This document shows, piece after piece, positions 26,641 through 39,277 of a stretch of 64,000 nt of DNA. Under the pieces are notes generated by a model that searched no databases, had not been told where the DNA came from, and saw nothing but the letters and a program-made list of their open reading frames with translations. Position 1 is the stretch's first letter, and each line of letters starts with the position of its first letter. The stretch spans positions 146,568,001-146,632,000 of the forward strand of contig OZ024742.1 of NCBI GenBank assembly GCA_964016885.1, given 5' to 3'. Position numbers and translations under genes: made by a program. The stretch comes from Eledone cirrhosa (taxonomy: Eukaryota).

Positions 26641-27136
26641 TAAAAGTCTCTGGATTTCGCAAAATACATAATATTTTTTATTGGAGAAGGTAAGATATTT
26701 TTCAAAAAAAAGTTGATTGCACTGTTTCCACCTATGTATTTTTTTTAAATATTATTTATTCATAAAAATTAAATGATAGCATTCTATATGTAGGTGGGCC
26801 CCCTTCATCTCCTGGCAACCAATATATTTAGACCCAGTCTGCCACTATATATATATTGCATATGGTTGGATAATACATGTGTTCCTATTCGTTTTTTGCG
26901 TGTAGAGATGTATACTTTATTATTATTACCTCCCCCTGGTCGAGATGAAATCTGGTCATTTTGACTACTGCTATTTATAGTGGTAGTAGACTGACCTCCC
27001 TGGTTCTGCTTCTATCTTTACACATGGCACTGGACAGAATTGCTTCCACATCATTCATTCTCATCTCGCGAACAATTTTGAATAGCGGCAGTTCGTAATT
27101 TGAACTCGGGAATTTTATATTCTCCGAGTGAAAAGA

Positions 27137-27223
27137 ACCTTCTAACGAGAGTTTATCTTTTCAATGGAAGCCCGCAAGGACTTTCCATTTATTTTTGAGA
27201 CCCGAAACCGATTCGGTAAAGGT
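27137..27223 (+). ncRNA. Type I hammerhead ribozyme with extended stem II (G5A variant)
   Basis: ACCTT-CTAACGA-GAGTTT...AATGGAAGCCC-GCAA-GGACTTTCCATT...GAGACCC-GAAA-CCGATTCG-GTA-AAGGT; lies in an ORF-less segment ~26865-27291 ending at (TA)n. Confidence 0.75.
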
Positions 27224-27290
27224 AACCATAGTAAGTACAGTGAATTTTTTGAAATTTATTTTGAAACTTTTTCTTATTTGCTAAACCTTG

Positions 27291-27325
<35 letters not shown>

Positions 27326-27479
27326 CCAAAATTAAATTAAGGATGCTATGCCTGAGAAACATTCGCCATACCATCTGTAGAAATAAGATCACACATTCTA
27401 AGGGATAAATCAGAGCATAGAATTAGCATTAGAATTAAAATTTGGTTGATATATATCTATATCTATATATATATATATC

Positions 27480-28450
27480 ATCATCATCATCATCATCATC
27501 ATCACCGTATTACGTCCGTTCTTCCATGCTAGCATGGGTTAGACGGGTTGTCCTGTTGTGGGCAGTGTCTGGTTGGCTGACCATGTCTTGCTCATACAGG
27601 AACTGATTTTGGCTTGATTTCTACAGCTGGATGCCCTTCCTAACACCAACCTCATTTACAGTGAGTGTTGGGTGCTTTTTTCCGTGACGCCAGAGGTCAC
27701 GGTCATGTGTCATCGCCTTTGAGAGGTGTAATTGGGTAAGGTCGGCTTTTATCACCTCATCCCAGGTCTTCTTGGGTCTCCCCACTCCGCGGTTTCCATT
27801 GACTTCTAGTGCTCTGCACCTTTTTATGCAGCTGTCATCCTTCATACGCATCACATGTCCATACCAACGAAACCGCCTCTCCTGCACACAGCATTTGATT
27901 CCTCTTATGCTCAGTCTCTCTCTCAATTCATTTATGCTTTGCCGTTCGCGTATATTACTATTACACATCCATCGGAGCATGCAGGCTTCGTTTCTTTCTA
28001 ATCTACGTAAGTCTTCACCTTCAACGCCCAGGTCTCTCTACCATGTAACATTGCTGTTCGTATACACGCATCATACAGTCTGCCTTTCATTTTGAGGGAA
28101 ACGCCTTTTGCAGCTAGCAGTAGCAGAAGTTCCCTGAACTTCTTCCATCCCGTTCTTACTCTAGTTATTGTACTTTCTGAACACCCACCTCCTCTGCTAA
28201 TTCGGTCACCTAGGTAGCAGAAGCTGTCTACTGTTTCTACAGAGCCTTCCCAGAGATTGGTGGTACTTGTTTCCTGTGGCTGTTTGCTGCTTGCTGTCCC
28301 AGCACAGCTGCTACATGTGAAGCCTACATTCTTAATTAAGCTTCCTTAGATCCCGCTACATCTCTTGTGTACCCATTGTTTACATTTGGGACAGAGAATG
28401 GAGTTCCTACCTACACCTTTCCTACATACTGAGCAAGGCCATTTCCCTGC
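27480..28450 (-). mobile_element. RTE 3' fragment (PHD to C-terminus) fused to a SINE 3' part
   Basis: MLRWMCNSNIRERQS...ERRFRWYGHVMRM...RPKKTWDEVIKADL; joins SINE body at ~27680. Confidence 0.85.
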
Positions 28451-28459
28451 TCATGGGAA

Positions 28460-29393
28460 TTTCTGTACGCTGAGGACCTAACCCTTATAGCCGAATCCAT
28501 AGCTGAACTAGAGATGGAATTCCAAACCTGGAAGCCAGGTCTAGAAGCTAAACGTCTTAATGTCAACTAGGAGGGATAACAGAGCCCAGATCTCCTCTGG
28601 GACATGGCCCTGCTCAGTGTACAGAAAAGGAGTAGGTAGAAATTCAATTCTATGTACCAAATGCATGCAATAAATACACAAGTGATGTAGTGGGGTCTCA
28701 GGCAGGCTAACAAAGAATGTAGATTTTACTTATGGCAGGGGCACAGGGGCAGTAAGTTGCAAAAACCCTCAGGATTCAACCATCTTCAAATACTCAGAGG
28801 GTTCTGTTGAAGTGGTAGATAGTTTTCGTTACTTGGATGACCAAATGAGTAGTGGGGGAGGGTGTTCTGAAAGCACAGTAACCAGAATGAGATCGGATTG
28901 GAGAAAATTCAGGGAGCTACTACAGTTACTTACTACAAAAGGTTTTTCTCTTAAAATGAAAGGCAGACTGTATGATGCATGTATACGAACAAGAATGTTG
29001 CACAACAGCGTGACCTGGGTACTGTGTGCTGGGGACCTGCAAAGATTAGAAAGAAATGAAGCTTCCATGCTTTGCTGGATGTGCTATAGTAATATACATG
29101 AACAGCAAAGTATAAATACACTGCGTGAGAAATTAGGCATAAGAGGGATCAGTTGTTTCACATAGGAGAGGAGATTGCATTGGTATCGACATGTGATCTG
29201 TATGAAAGATGACAGCTGTTTAGTAAGGTGCAGAGTGCTCAAAGTTGATGGGAGCCATGGTGTGGGCAGCCCTAGGAAAACTTGGGATGAGGTAATAAAA
29301 GCTGACCTTACACGATTACACCTCTCAAAGGCAATGTCACAGGACCGTGACCTCTGGCGCTATGCAGTTTTACAGAAGACCCACCCCTATTAG
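28460..29393 (+). mobile_element. RTE 3' fragment (pseudogenised)
   Basis: WPCSVYRKGVGRNSILCTKC PHD remnant; VDSFRYL...GRLYDACIR...RLERNEASML. Confidence 0.85.
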
Positions 29394-29859
29394 GCTATAC
29401 CTTTTTCAACCTTCTATCCCCTCTCATTCACTTCCCTTAGGGGTAACCATACCTCCTCTACTACCCTGTCCACATTTTCCCCCAAACTTCCTCCAGGCCT
29501 CACTGTAAAGTGATCTTATAGGTGTCACAACAAAAAGTGCCCAGTCCACACTGTAATGTGGTTGGCAGTAGGAAGGGCACCCAGCTGTAGAAACCAAGCC
29601 AAAATCTGTCTGGGGTGAGCTAAACAAGGGTAAATCCATCCAACCCATAAATGATAGATGCTAATAGACGAGGTTGATCACATATATATGTATATTTATG
29701 TGTGTATATATATATGAGTGTGTATGTGTATGTATAATATGTGTATATATATTACATGTATGGTATATGTATATGCACGCAAATATATACATATGTGTAT
29801 GTTGTAATCATGATATGTGCATGTATATATATGCATTTATATGTACCACAAAACATCCA

Positions 29860-30450
29860 GCCCACACTGTAAAGTGATTGTGTAGGTGTCACAATAAAAA
29901 GCACCCAGCCCACACTGTAAAGTGGACATGTAAAAGACACGGCAAAAAGTACCCAGCACACATTGTAAATGTGGTTGGCATGAGGAAGGGCATCCAGCCA
30001 TAGAAAACCAGCCCACACTGTAAAGTGGAAGTGTAAAAGACATGGCAAAAAGTACCCAGCACACATTGTAAATGTGGTTGGCATGAGGAAGGGCATCCAG
30101 CCATAGAAAACCAGCCCACACTGTAAAGTGGAAGTGTAAAAGACATGGCAAAAAGTACCCAGCACACATTGTAAATGTGGTTGGCATGAGGAAGGGCATC
30201 CAGCCATAGAAAACCAGCCCATACTGTAAAGTGGAAGTGTAAAAGACATGGCAAAAAGCACCCCAGCACACACTAGCAATGTGGTTGGCATTAGAAAGGG
30301 CATCCAGCCTTAGAAAATCAGCCAGAAACTCTCCTATATGAGCAAGACACGATCACCCAACCCAACTTGCCTCTAAATGGGACAAACCCGTCTAACCCAT
30401 GCAAGCGTGGAAGATAGATCTTAATCGATGATGGTGATGGTGATGGTGAT
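29860..30450 (+). repeat. Tandem ~103-bp amplification of a SINE internal segment
   Basis: GCCCACACTGTAAAGTGG...GGAAGGGCATCCAGCCATAGAAAACCA repeated at ~29908, 30011, 30114 and 30217, then an RTE-like tail. Confidence 0.85.
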
Positions 30451-31731
30451 GACAGTATATGATAAATCTGTCTCTTTGCACTGAAGATACAGTCCATCAT
30501 GAATTATATTGTAAGTGCCTGAGTATTCCACAGACACATGTACTTCTAATGTAATTCTCAGAGATATTCAGCTTGACAGTGTTTAACAAGAGCAGCCCTT
30601 TAAATTCCAAGTACAATCCATTTGATTGACCGCCAAACAATTTCTGTCTACACAAATTCACTCACATGGCTTCAGTTGATAGTAAATGATACTTGCCAAA
30701 GATGCCATGCAGTGGGATTTAAGCAAGGACCTTATGATTGTAAAGCAAACTTTTTAACCATTTGGTTATGCTGTATCCTACTATACTAATTTACCAGATA
30801 TTATCATGGTAGTGTGACATGGCCTTTGAATACAGGAGATATATGAATGCCAGAAAGAAAGGAATCACGCAGGATCCATTGCATATATAACGTTAGAGGG
30901 CATATATGACAAAGGTATAGCTAAGTAGAGAGAAAACTAGTAAGTAAGAGGAGTTGGATAAAGTGCAAAGGAGCGAAGGTTCTGCTGGTACAGGCATGTA
31001 ATGCATATAAATGATGATCATTGGGTGAAGAACTGTCAGGTGTTCCAAGTGAAATGAAGATGTACTGGAGAGGATTTGTCTAACTCGTGCAAGCATGGAA
31101 AATGGATATTAACTGATGATGATGATGGTGATATATAGAGATCACAGTGTTTCTTTCAATAGTATAATGCTAAACTGTAAGAAAGTGAACTTACCAATTC
31201 TTACAATAAAATTATCACTTTGTTGAGTTAGTTATACCTAGTACTTTATACTTACAACTCTATATCTAACCCCTTCCCTCACTATCTAAGTAACTTTCCT
31301 CACATCCCTCATTACCTGTTCTTCGTTCAACCTGTGCTGGTATAGAAAATAGATGTAAAATGAGGATGATGGTGATATTTGTGTGGATAGATAGATAGAT
31401 AGATATCCTCACATTTTAAGATTTTTGTAAGTGCATCTCTCTCTCTATATATATATCAAGGTTTAGCGTCCGTGTTCCACGCTTGCATGGGTTTGGACGG
31501 GGGTTTTCCCACTTGAGGCAAGAGTGGTTGTCTTGCTCGCATAGGACTGTCTGGCGGGTTTTCTACAGCTGGATGCCCTTCCTAACACCAACCACATTTA
31601 CAGTGTGGGGCTGGGAGGTTTTTACCGTGTTGCCTAAACAGCCACATTTACAGCGTGGACTGTGTGTTTTTTTGTCGTGACACCTACACGATCTCATTTG
31701 TTTCGGCCTGGATGTTGTGGCACCAACATAA

Positions 31732-31770
<39 letters not shown>

Positions 31771-31776
<6 letters not shown>

Positions 31777-32075
31777 TAAGAATAAAGGAACAAAGAATCA
31801 GTGTTGCATCATAACATATTTGATAACATATCACATATGTTTCATTGTCGATCAGCTCGAGAAACGATCTATTATTGATTGAACCTGACTCTGGATCGAT
31901 CAATAATAGATTGTTTCTCGAGCTGATCAACAGTGAAATGTATGTAATATGTTATTGAATATGTTATGATGCAACACTGATTCTTTGTTCCTTTATTCTT
32001 ATACTATTATACTCTGTTCTGCGCGAGCATGGAGTGCTCACCCAGTATACTGCCTACGGATAGAAAATAGATGTA
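31771..32075. mobile_element. Fold-back pLTR/retrozyme-like element carrying hammerhead 3' halves
   Basis: Inverted arms 31771-31882 / ~31895-32007 directly after (TA)n; homologous to the 58387-58742 elements (ATCAGTGTTGCA, CAGCTCGAGA, CAGAGTCAGGTTC). Confidence 0.7.
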
Positions 32076-32342
32076 ATAGATCTTGCATATATATATGTAT
32101 ATAAAAAAAGCACCCAGCACTCACTGTAAATGAGGTTGGTGTTAGGAAGGGCATCCAGCTGTAGAAATCAAGCCAGAATCAGTTTCCGTATGAACAAGAC
32201 AAGGTCAGCCAACTGGACACTGCCCACAACAAGACAACCCATCTAACCCATGCTAGCGTAGAAGAACGGACGTAAAATGGTGATGATGATGATGATGATA
32301 TCATCATCATTTTACATCCGATTTTCTTTGCTTACAAGGGTG

Positions 32343-32375
<33 letters not shown>

Positions 32376-32379
<4 letters not shown>

Positions 32380-35300
32380 ATACTTGGGGAGGGTCATATT
32401 TGTGTAATATTGCCAGAATTAATAACAGAACACACTCACTGTTTGGTTGGTTTTCGCTTCTGTGTTTTTTATACGGTAATCTAATTTATTCGGTCCTCAA
32501 TGTTGCCATTGACTGACCAGCGGTCAAAAATAATACAGATACAATATAGACAAAAACACATATATATAGTTTATCAAAGTTCTTTCGTTGCACATCTGCA
32601 ACATCGTCAGTGGTGATATTGTTTCCTCCCGTTGCATTGTATTTTCTACGCCATCTTTATTTAGTCTGTTTATATATTTATTTACTTGTTTATTTTATTT
32701 TGTCTTCTTTGCGCATGCGTTTGCATGTGTGTATAGTGTTTTCTTTGATGTGTGTTCGTGATTGGGTGACTGTGTATTGGTTAATGTATTCTATCTTTAC
32801 TAGTGTGTGTTTATATGTGTTTGTTGTTATTGTGCTTGTGTATGTATTTATTTATTTATCTATTTATTTATTTATACTTCTCTTAGGTCAGTGTTGTTTG
32901 TTTGGATGTTGTTGTTATTCCATTCATTCTTTCTGTTTAGCCTTGGCCTTCTAAGTTCTATTTCACTGGCCTCTCTGATTTGCCTATCTGCTGGATCATT
33001 TCTATGTTTATATATTATTCTAATTTCTATGTTGTCTATGTTACCGTTGTGTTGTTGTCTGGCATGTTCGTATAGTACTAAACCGTTTTTTCGTCCTTTT
33101 AGTTCCCCCCAGTGTTGGCCTATCCTTTCACCTATGCTACGAGCTGTCTCGCCGATGTATGTTGTTGTCATGTTTCTGCAAGTACCCTCTGTACATCTTA
33201 TGCTATAGACTACGTTTCTAGTTTTAGAGTTTATCCGGGGGTTCACCTTACATATGATACATTTCCTATTAGTACAGTGGGTTTTCTTAAAAGGGTAGGT
33301 TTTGCTGATCAGGGATTTTATGGTGGTTCCTGGCTTTTCTACCCCCTTAATCTTTAAGTGGGTCTTTCTCAGGGCCTTTCTACACTGGTTAGCTAATTTC
33401 CCTCCAGGGGTAGCGTCCACAAACATGACACTCTGGTATCTCTGGTTGTCGTACCATGATGTGACTTTCCCTATCTTATGTCTAGCCCTATCTAAGCTAT
33501 TCCATGATTTGCTCCTGTATAATGAGCAAATTCCTTTCCTGTCCAGTTCTATGAGGGTCTTATACTTCTCCGTGGCTCCTTCGTATACTCTGACTCTGTC
33601 TCTTTGGTTGTAGCCAGAGAACTGCATGCGGTTGATGAAGTGTTGGATGTGTCTTTCCATTTCTGTTGGGTCGCACATGCAGGACACATTCTTCATCACT
33701 CGTACCAAATCTGCGATCAGAATATTAAACTTAGCACTACTGGACATTGCTGAGTTTTTGAGTATCAGGTATTTGGAGACCATGGGTTTAGTATAGTGTG
33801 AGTGGAGAATTTGGGCTCTCTCGTCTATAGTGTTAATCCAGAGTTCTGTGTCTAATACAGGTCGTCTATTGTTAGGGTGTTTGGAAGGGTAGTCGATAGT
33901 TACAGTTATACTCTGGTGTATGGAATTAGCTATCTGCTGGATGCTTTCCATTGTGCTACGTTCTAAATCAAACTTGTTAGTGCTCTCTTGTGGGGATGTT
34001 CTTATAACTATATTGATGTCGTCTACGTAACGAAGGTACATGATGAGGTATATAGAGCTCTCATTAAGGGGATCTTTAAGTCTCCTTTCCCACCATACCA
34101 CAAAAAGGATGGCAACATCACCAGCTATGCTGACGCCAATGGCTGCTCCCTCATTTTGGGTGTAGATCTTCTCGTTGAACTTGAATATGTGGCCCTTTAG
34201 GGTAGTTTTGATACTAGCCCCTATTGCATGTGCGACCATTTTTCTTACCTGATCATTGTTTTGGGGTTCCGTATAGCTTTGGTCCACCCAATCCACCTTA
34301 CCATGGGAGTCTTTTTAGCCATTGAGGTTTTGTGGGGTGTCTACCTCTTATGGGTCTACTGGGGCAGAAACGGCTAAGGTCATGGCTGTCTAGGTAGTCA
34401 GTGCCATAGGTAAGTCTAAGTAGGAGGCCCAGTTCATCTGTGTCGACGTCGCAGAACTCCACCTCACTCTCAATGATCATCTCCACACATTTTTCCACAG
34501 CAAAATCAATGTTAATGGATGGGTACAGTGATATCACATCCATGCTGCCTATTATGCAGTTGGATAGGTTGCTGTCTTTGTTGCACTCACTGATTCTGCT
34601 GAGGAGGTCCTCTGTACTGTCACATACATCTGGGGACATCTTGATTATGGGGCGTATAACCATTGAGGGGAAGTAGGAGATCCTGTAGTTGCTAGCTATA
34701 TTTGCTCCGCATACGGGTCTTGTTGGTGGTCCTGTTGTCGGGTCGTCGACTGTCTTGTGGTCTTTGCGGAGCCCATACAAGGGTGGTATGCCATTGTTAG
34801 ACGCCTGGAAGTTGTTGGCAGTGCGTCTGCTTGGCTTTAGGATGTCGGTCCACATCATCATGTGAGCGTTGAGGATTTTCTCTCTCCCATCATGTGTTTG
34901 CTGTGCAATTTCGCTCGTGTTGGTGATGTGAGGTTGCATAGCCTTGATGTAGTTCGGCATGCTATCTATTGACATCCTACCAGACATATCCATGGCTAGA
35001 CATACCACCTCACCATTCCTTGTGCGCTGCTTGAGGCTAACCAAGCCTTCTACAGGTTTCCTCCCAAGTTGTTGGGCCTCTGGTCTGCTCTGTCTCTTAG
35101 TATACCGGTCTACTATTTGTCTAATCTTATTTCTAGCTATGGTGAACTGTGCCTCTGTCTCGTCATCTATTTGTTGTGGTATGCAAACTCTTTTATTAAA
35201 GGGTAACCTCGTAGGATAGATATTACCCATCTTATATGTTTTGTCAGCTGGGTTTAAGAATAGTTTCTCTAAGGGGTTGTCATTATATCTATCGTCATAG

Positions 35301-35775
35301 TTGTGTGTGTTGCTATTATTGTTATTATTGTGGTTGTTGTTGTTCCTATCATTAGCATTATTATTATTGTTATGATTGCTAGAGGTATTGTTGCTGTGAT
35401 TTTAAGATGTATTGTTGTTATGATTGCTTGGTGTATTGTTGCTGTGATTGTTAGATGTATTGTTGTTATGATTGCTAACTGTATTGTTGCTGTGATTGTT
35501 GTTTACTTCACCGTTATTGTTGTTGTTACTGTTATTTCTACCATTGTGGTTGTTACTTTTATTATGTTTCTTGTTTTTGTTGTGTCTATCATTAATGTTG
35601 CTACATGTATTACTTCCATTATTACCACTGTGGTTGTTGTTGTTGTTCGTATTGTTACCGTTATTACTACTGTGGTCGCTGCTGCTGTGTCTGTAGTTAA
35701 TGTTTCTATTATTATTATTATTGTGGTTGTTGTTGTTGTTCTGTCTATCGTTAGTATTATTACCATTATTACTAT
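32376..35775 (-). mobile_element. Penelope-like element 1 (RT + C-terminal GIY-YIG), frameshifted
   Basis: PPLYGLRKDHK, RPVCGA, SMDVISLYPSI, GAAIGVSIAG, RYVDD; CTNRKCIIC linker; VVYSIRC...YIGETARSIGERIGQH; frameshift ~34297. Confidence 0.92.
32571..32619 (-). ncRNA. Hammerhead ribozyme in the 3' pLTR of PLE 1
   Basis: Reverse complement TATCACCA-CTGACGA-T-GTTGCA-GATG-TGCAAC-GAAA-GAA-CTT-TGATA: intact core, perfect 6-bp stem II, bulged stem I. Confidence 0.75.
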
Positions 35776-36064
35776 TGGCAGTATTGGTAGAGGGTCGGAC
35801 GCCATGCTTTGACGTATAGAGTTACGGCCCTTGCTATTCTGATTTCAAATCCCGCCGAGGTTGACTTTGCCTTTCATCCTTACGGGGTCGATAAAATAAA
35901 GTACCCCAGTCCTATCATCTCATTTTTACACCTGAGTAAAATAGAGCAATGTGAAATAAAGTGTCTTGCTCAAGGAATCAACACATCACCCGGTTTGAGA
36001 ATTGAACTCACAACCATTCGATTGCATGCCCAATGCTCTTCTAACCACTAAGCCATGCGCCTTC
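35776..36064. mobile_element. Nin-like SINE (+, 3'-truncated) joined to CORE-like SINE head (-)
   Basis: 35776-35905 matches the Nin-like family; 35905-36064 matches 22299-22458. Confidence 0.8.
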
Positions 36065-36075
36065 ATATATATATA

Positions 36076-37888
36076 TTAGAAAGTGAGGTTTTTTTACAAA
36101 ATGAAAAAAACGAGGTGTCCTACACAAGTGAGAGTATAAGGAAAAAAGATGAAATCACTAAATGTCACGTGAACAAGTACATTAAATTTCGCGTCCGTAT
36201 TTGGGAATTTATTTTGTAGCCTTTTAGAGAATTGTGTGCCAAACAAAAGATAATGGTCAAGAAAAATGGGATGGAGGAGAATTGTTCTGGTTCAGCTTCA
36301 TCACCGAGGGATTAAAATTTATTTTACTGAACAACTTTTTTTATTTCGATGGCAGTACTTACAAGCAAATATCGGGGACTGCGATGGGTACAAAAGCCGC
36401 TCCAACTTATGCCAACTTAGTCATGGCATACTTGGATATATGATATATGAACCAGATATATGAACGGTCCAAATCAAAATACGGATCGAACTTCCACAAA
36501 TATTTATCAGATAATTGGAAACGCTACTTGGATGATTGTCTCATTCTTTGGTCTCACACACTCGACCAACTAAATGATTTCAAAAATGTAATTAACTGCA
36601 TCAATAACCAAGATCAACTCCCATTTCTGGACATCTTAATTTAAAAAAAGACACAAACATTGAAACTGACATACACTACAAACCAACAGATTCCAAACAA
36701 TACCTGCTATTCACCGCCAACCATCCAAAGCACACGAAGACGAACATCCCTTTTAACCTAGCAAGAAGAATTTGCACAATTGTCTCCAATTATGAAATGC
36801 GAAATAAAAGACTTCAAGAATTAAAGGAAATTCTACTTGAAAGACAGTACCCACCATTACTAATAAATAATGGAATAGAAAGGGCTAAAGCAATAGGCAT
36901 TGATGAATTACGAAAACAGAAAAAAATTCAAGGTACATCCAATATTCTATCATATATCTCAACACACAACCCCAAAAATGCAGAAGCTTACAACACTATT
37001 CACAAGAACATCCCACTATTAAAACAAGACCCAAGAATTAAAAAAGCCCTTGAAACACAAAATAATCAAAAGCAAAAGACAACCAAAATCACTAAAAACA
37101 TTACTCACCAATGCCAAATTACCTACCACAAACCCACAACCAACTCTCAAAAAATGTGGTCGCTCTAATTGTGGAACCTGCACTCACCTCATTGAAGGCA
37201 ACACGTATACATTTCAATCAGGACAAAATGTTGCTGTAAAAAATCACTTCACTTGCGCATCAAAAAATCTAATTTATGCCATTAAATGTAAAGGATGCAA
37301 TGAAGAGTATATAGGACAAACTAAACTCACACTCAGAAACAGAATGACAGTTCATCGCCAACAATTACGAGATCCAACCACGAGACAGTGCACATCTAGA
37401 CATATGCACAAGTAATAAGACACCCAAATTCCAAGTCTTCCCATTTTATCTTTGCGCTGACAATACAACAGAACAAATATGAATAAATAAGGAAAATATG
37501 TTTATTCAAAAATATAGACTAATTAAATATAATTTAATATACATTATGTCAACACCATAACATGCTAACCATCCAAACAGACACATATATACACACACAC
37601 ATAACACCTCCTACTTCAGAAAATAAAAACCAGAACTAAATAAACCTTAACATACGTTAATACTCTAACAACTTAACATGCTAACCACATTCCTCCACAC
37701 ACACATAACTCCCTCCCCCATTTCTACTAACGGAATCATTTTCCTACACACACACACACACAAAATATATATATTCTCTCCATCTTAACATGCTAACCAT
37801 ACTCCCACACACACACACATATACACACACATAACACCCATACACACACACAACTCTCTCCCCCATTTCTACTAATAGAATCATCTTC

Positions 37889-37945
<57 letters not shown>

Positions 37946-38850
37946 AGCACACAAATAAACATACATATCTCTACTTTCTTTATTTCAATAGAAAGCCTGA
38001 ATTCTGACACCCCAGCACACCAGCCATATTCACTGAACCAGAACAATTCTCCCCATCCCATTTTTCTTGACCATTGTCTTTTATTTGGCACAAAATTCTC
38101 TAAATGGCTATAAAAAAATTCCAAAATTTAATGTACTTGTTCACGTGACAGTCATAATTTCATTTATAACCAATCAAATTACATTTCAGCACATCAGTCA
38201 TACTCAGAACAACTCTCTCCATCGCTTTTTCTTGACCATTGTCTTTTGTTTGGCACAAAATTCTCTAAATGGCTATAAAAAAATTGCAAAATAAGGGCGC
38301 AAAATTTAATGCACTTGTTCACGTGACAGTTATAATTTCATTTATAACCAATCAAATTACATTTATTAAAAAAGACCTTCGTGAGCCACTTTTTTTAAGT
38401 AAAAAGAAATTCAAACACAAACTGGCATGAAAGCTGATGTGCTTATTCACGTGACTGCATCAACCAAATTTCACTCATATATGAAAAAAAAACAACCCGA
38501 GCCCGCCCCCCTTTGTTTGAAGAACTTTGTAACGCGAACTGGCGCGAAATTTATTATACTTATTCACCAACCAACCAAATTACTTCTCTAAAAACCTGAC
38601 ATTTCAAGCCACTTTTTTCCATATAAAACAGAAGTAACATTCAAAGACCAACCAGATGTGAGAAAAACCACAAACCCTCCATCTCAATTCTACTTTTGAA
38701 AAGCAGAAGAACTGCAAAACCAGTAAAGGAACCAAATAAATATATATTTAAAAAAAAAAAGACTCCAGTTGCATTTTCGATTTCATCTTTTTTCCTTATA
38801 CTTTCACTCATTATTTTTCATTTTGTAAAAAAAACCTCACTTTCTAATAT
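36076..38850 (+). mobile_element. Penelope-like element 2 (Neptune-type motifs), 5'-truncated, with inverted 5' pLTR
   Basis: GTAMGTKAAPTYANL, WKRYLDDC, LPFLDIL, YKPTDSKQYL, KCGRSNCGTC, NLIYAIKCKGCNEEYIGQT; 36076-36296 is the reverse complement of parts of 38030-38850. Confidence 0.9.
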
Positions 38851-38857
38851 ATATAAT

Positions 38858-38920
<63 letters not shown>

Positions 38921-39013
38921 ACATTTATGTATGGATTTCTTTGACTCACTCTCTCTGCCTCTCATTCTTTCATTCTCTCTCTCTCTCTTTATATATATAT
39001 ATAATATATATAT

Positions 39014-39045
<32 letters not shown>

Positions 39046-39094
39046 TATATATATATGTATATATATATATGTATATATATATTATATATATATG

Positions 39095-39143
<49 letters not shown>

Positions 39144-39174
39144 GTATATATATATATATATGTGTATATATATG

Positions 39175-39211
<37 letters not shown>

Positions 39212-39241
39212 ATTATATATATTTTATATATATATGTATAT

Positions 39242-39275
<34 letters not shown>
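38850..39275. repeat. Compound (TA)n/(TG)n microsatellite
   Basis: Visible directly; similar tracts at 11103-11190, 23176-23235, 53200-53400, 57880-58180, 58325-58385 and 59140-59225. Confidence 0.95.

Positions 39276-39277
<2 letters not shown>

Larger units (their letters stand above)
21692..26846. mobile_element. Non-autonomous TIR DNA element (hAT-like ends) containing nested insertions
   Basis: Left end CAGTGGTGGACTGG (21692), right end CCAGTCTGCCACT (~26834-26846); left part recurs inverted at 50155-50397. Confidence 0.45.

Noticed and set aside
35303-35812. Hydrophobic Val/Ile-rich membrane-protein-like ORF on + strand
   Set aside because: Antisense of the Asn-rich tract; triplet-repeat artefact
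36436-36450. In-frame TGA in PLE 2 as selenocysteine
   Set aside because: Lies in a small GATATAT duplication within an element with other stops and frameshifts; no SECIS recognised
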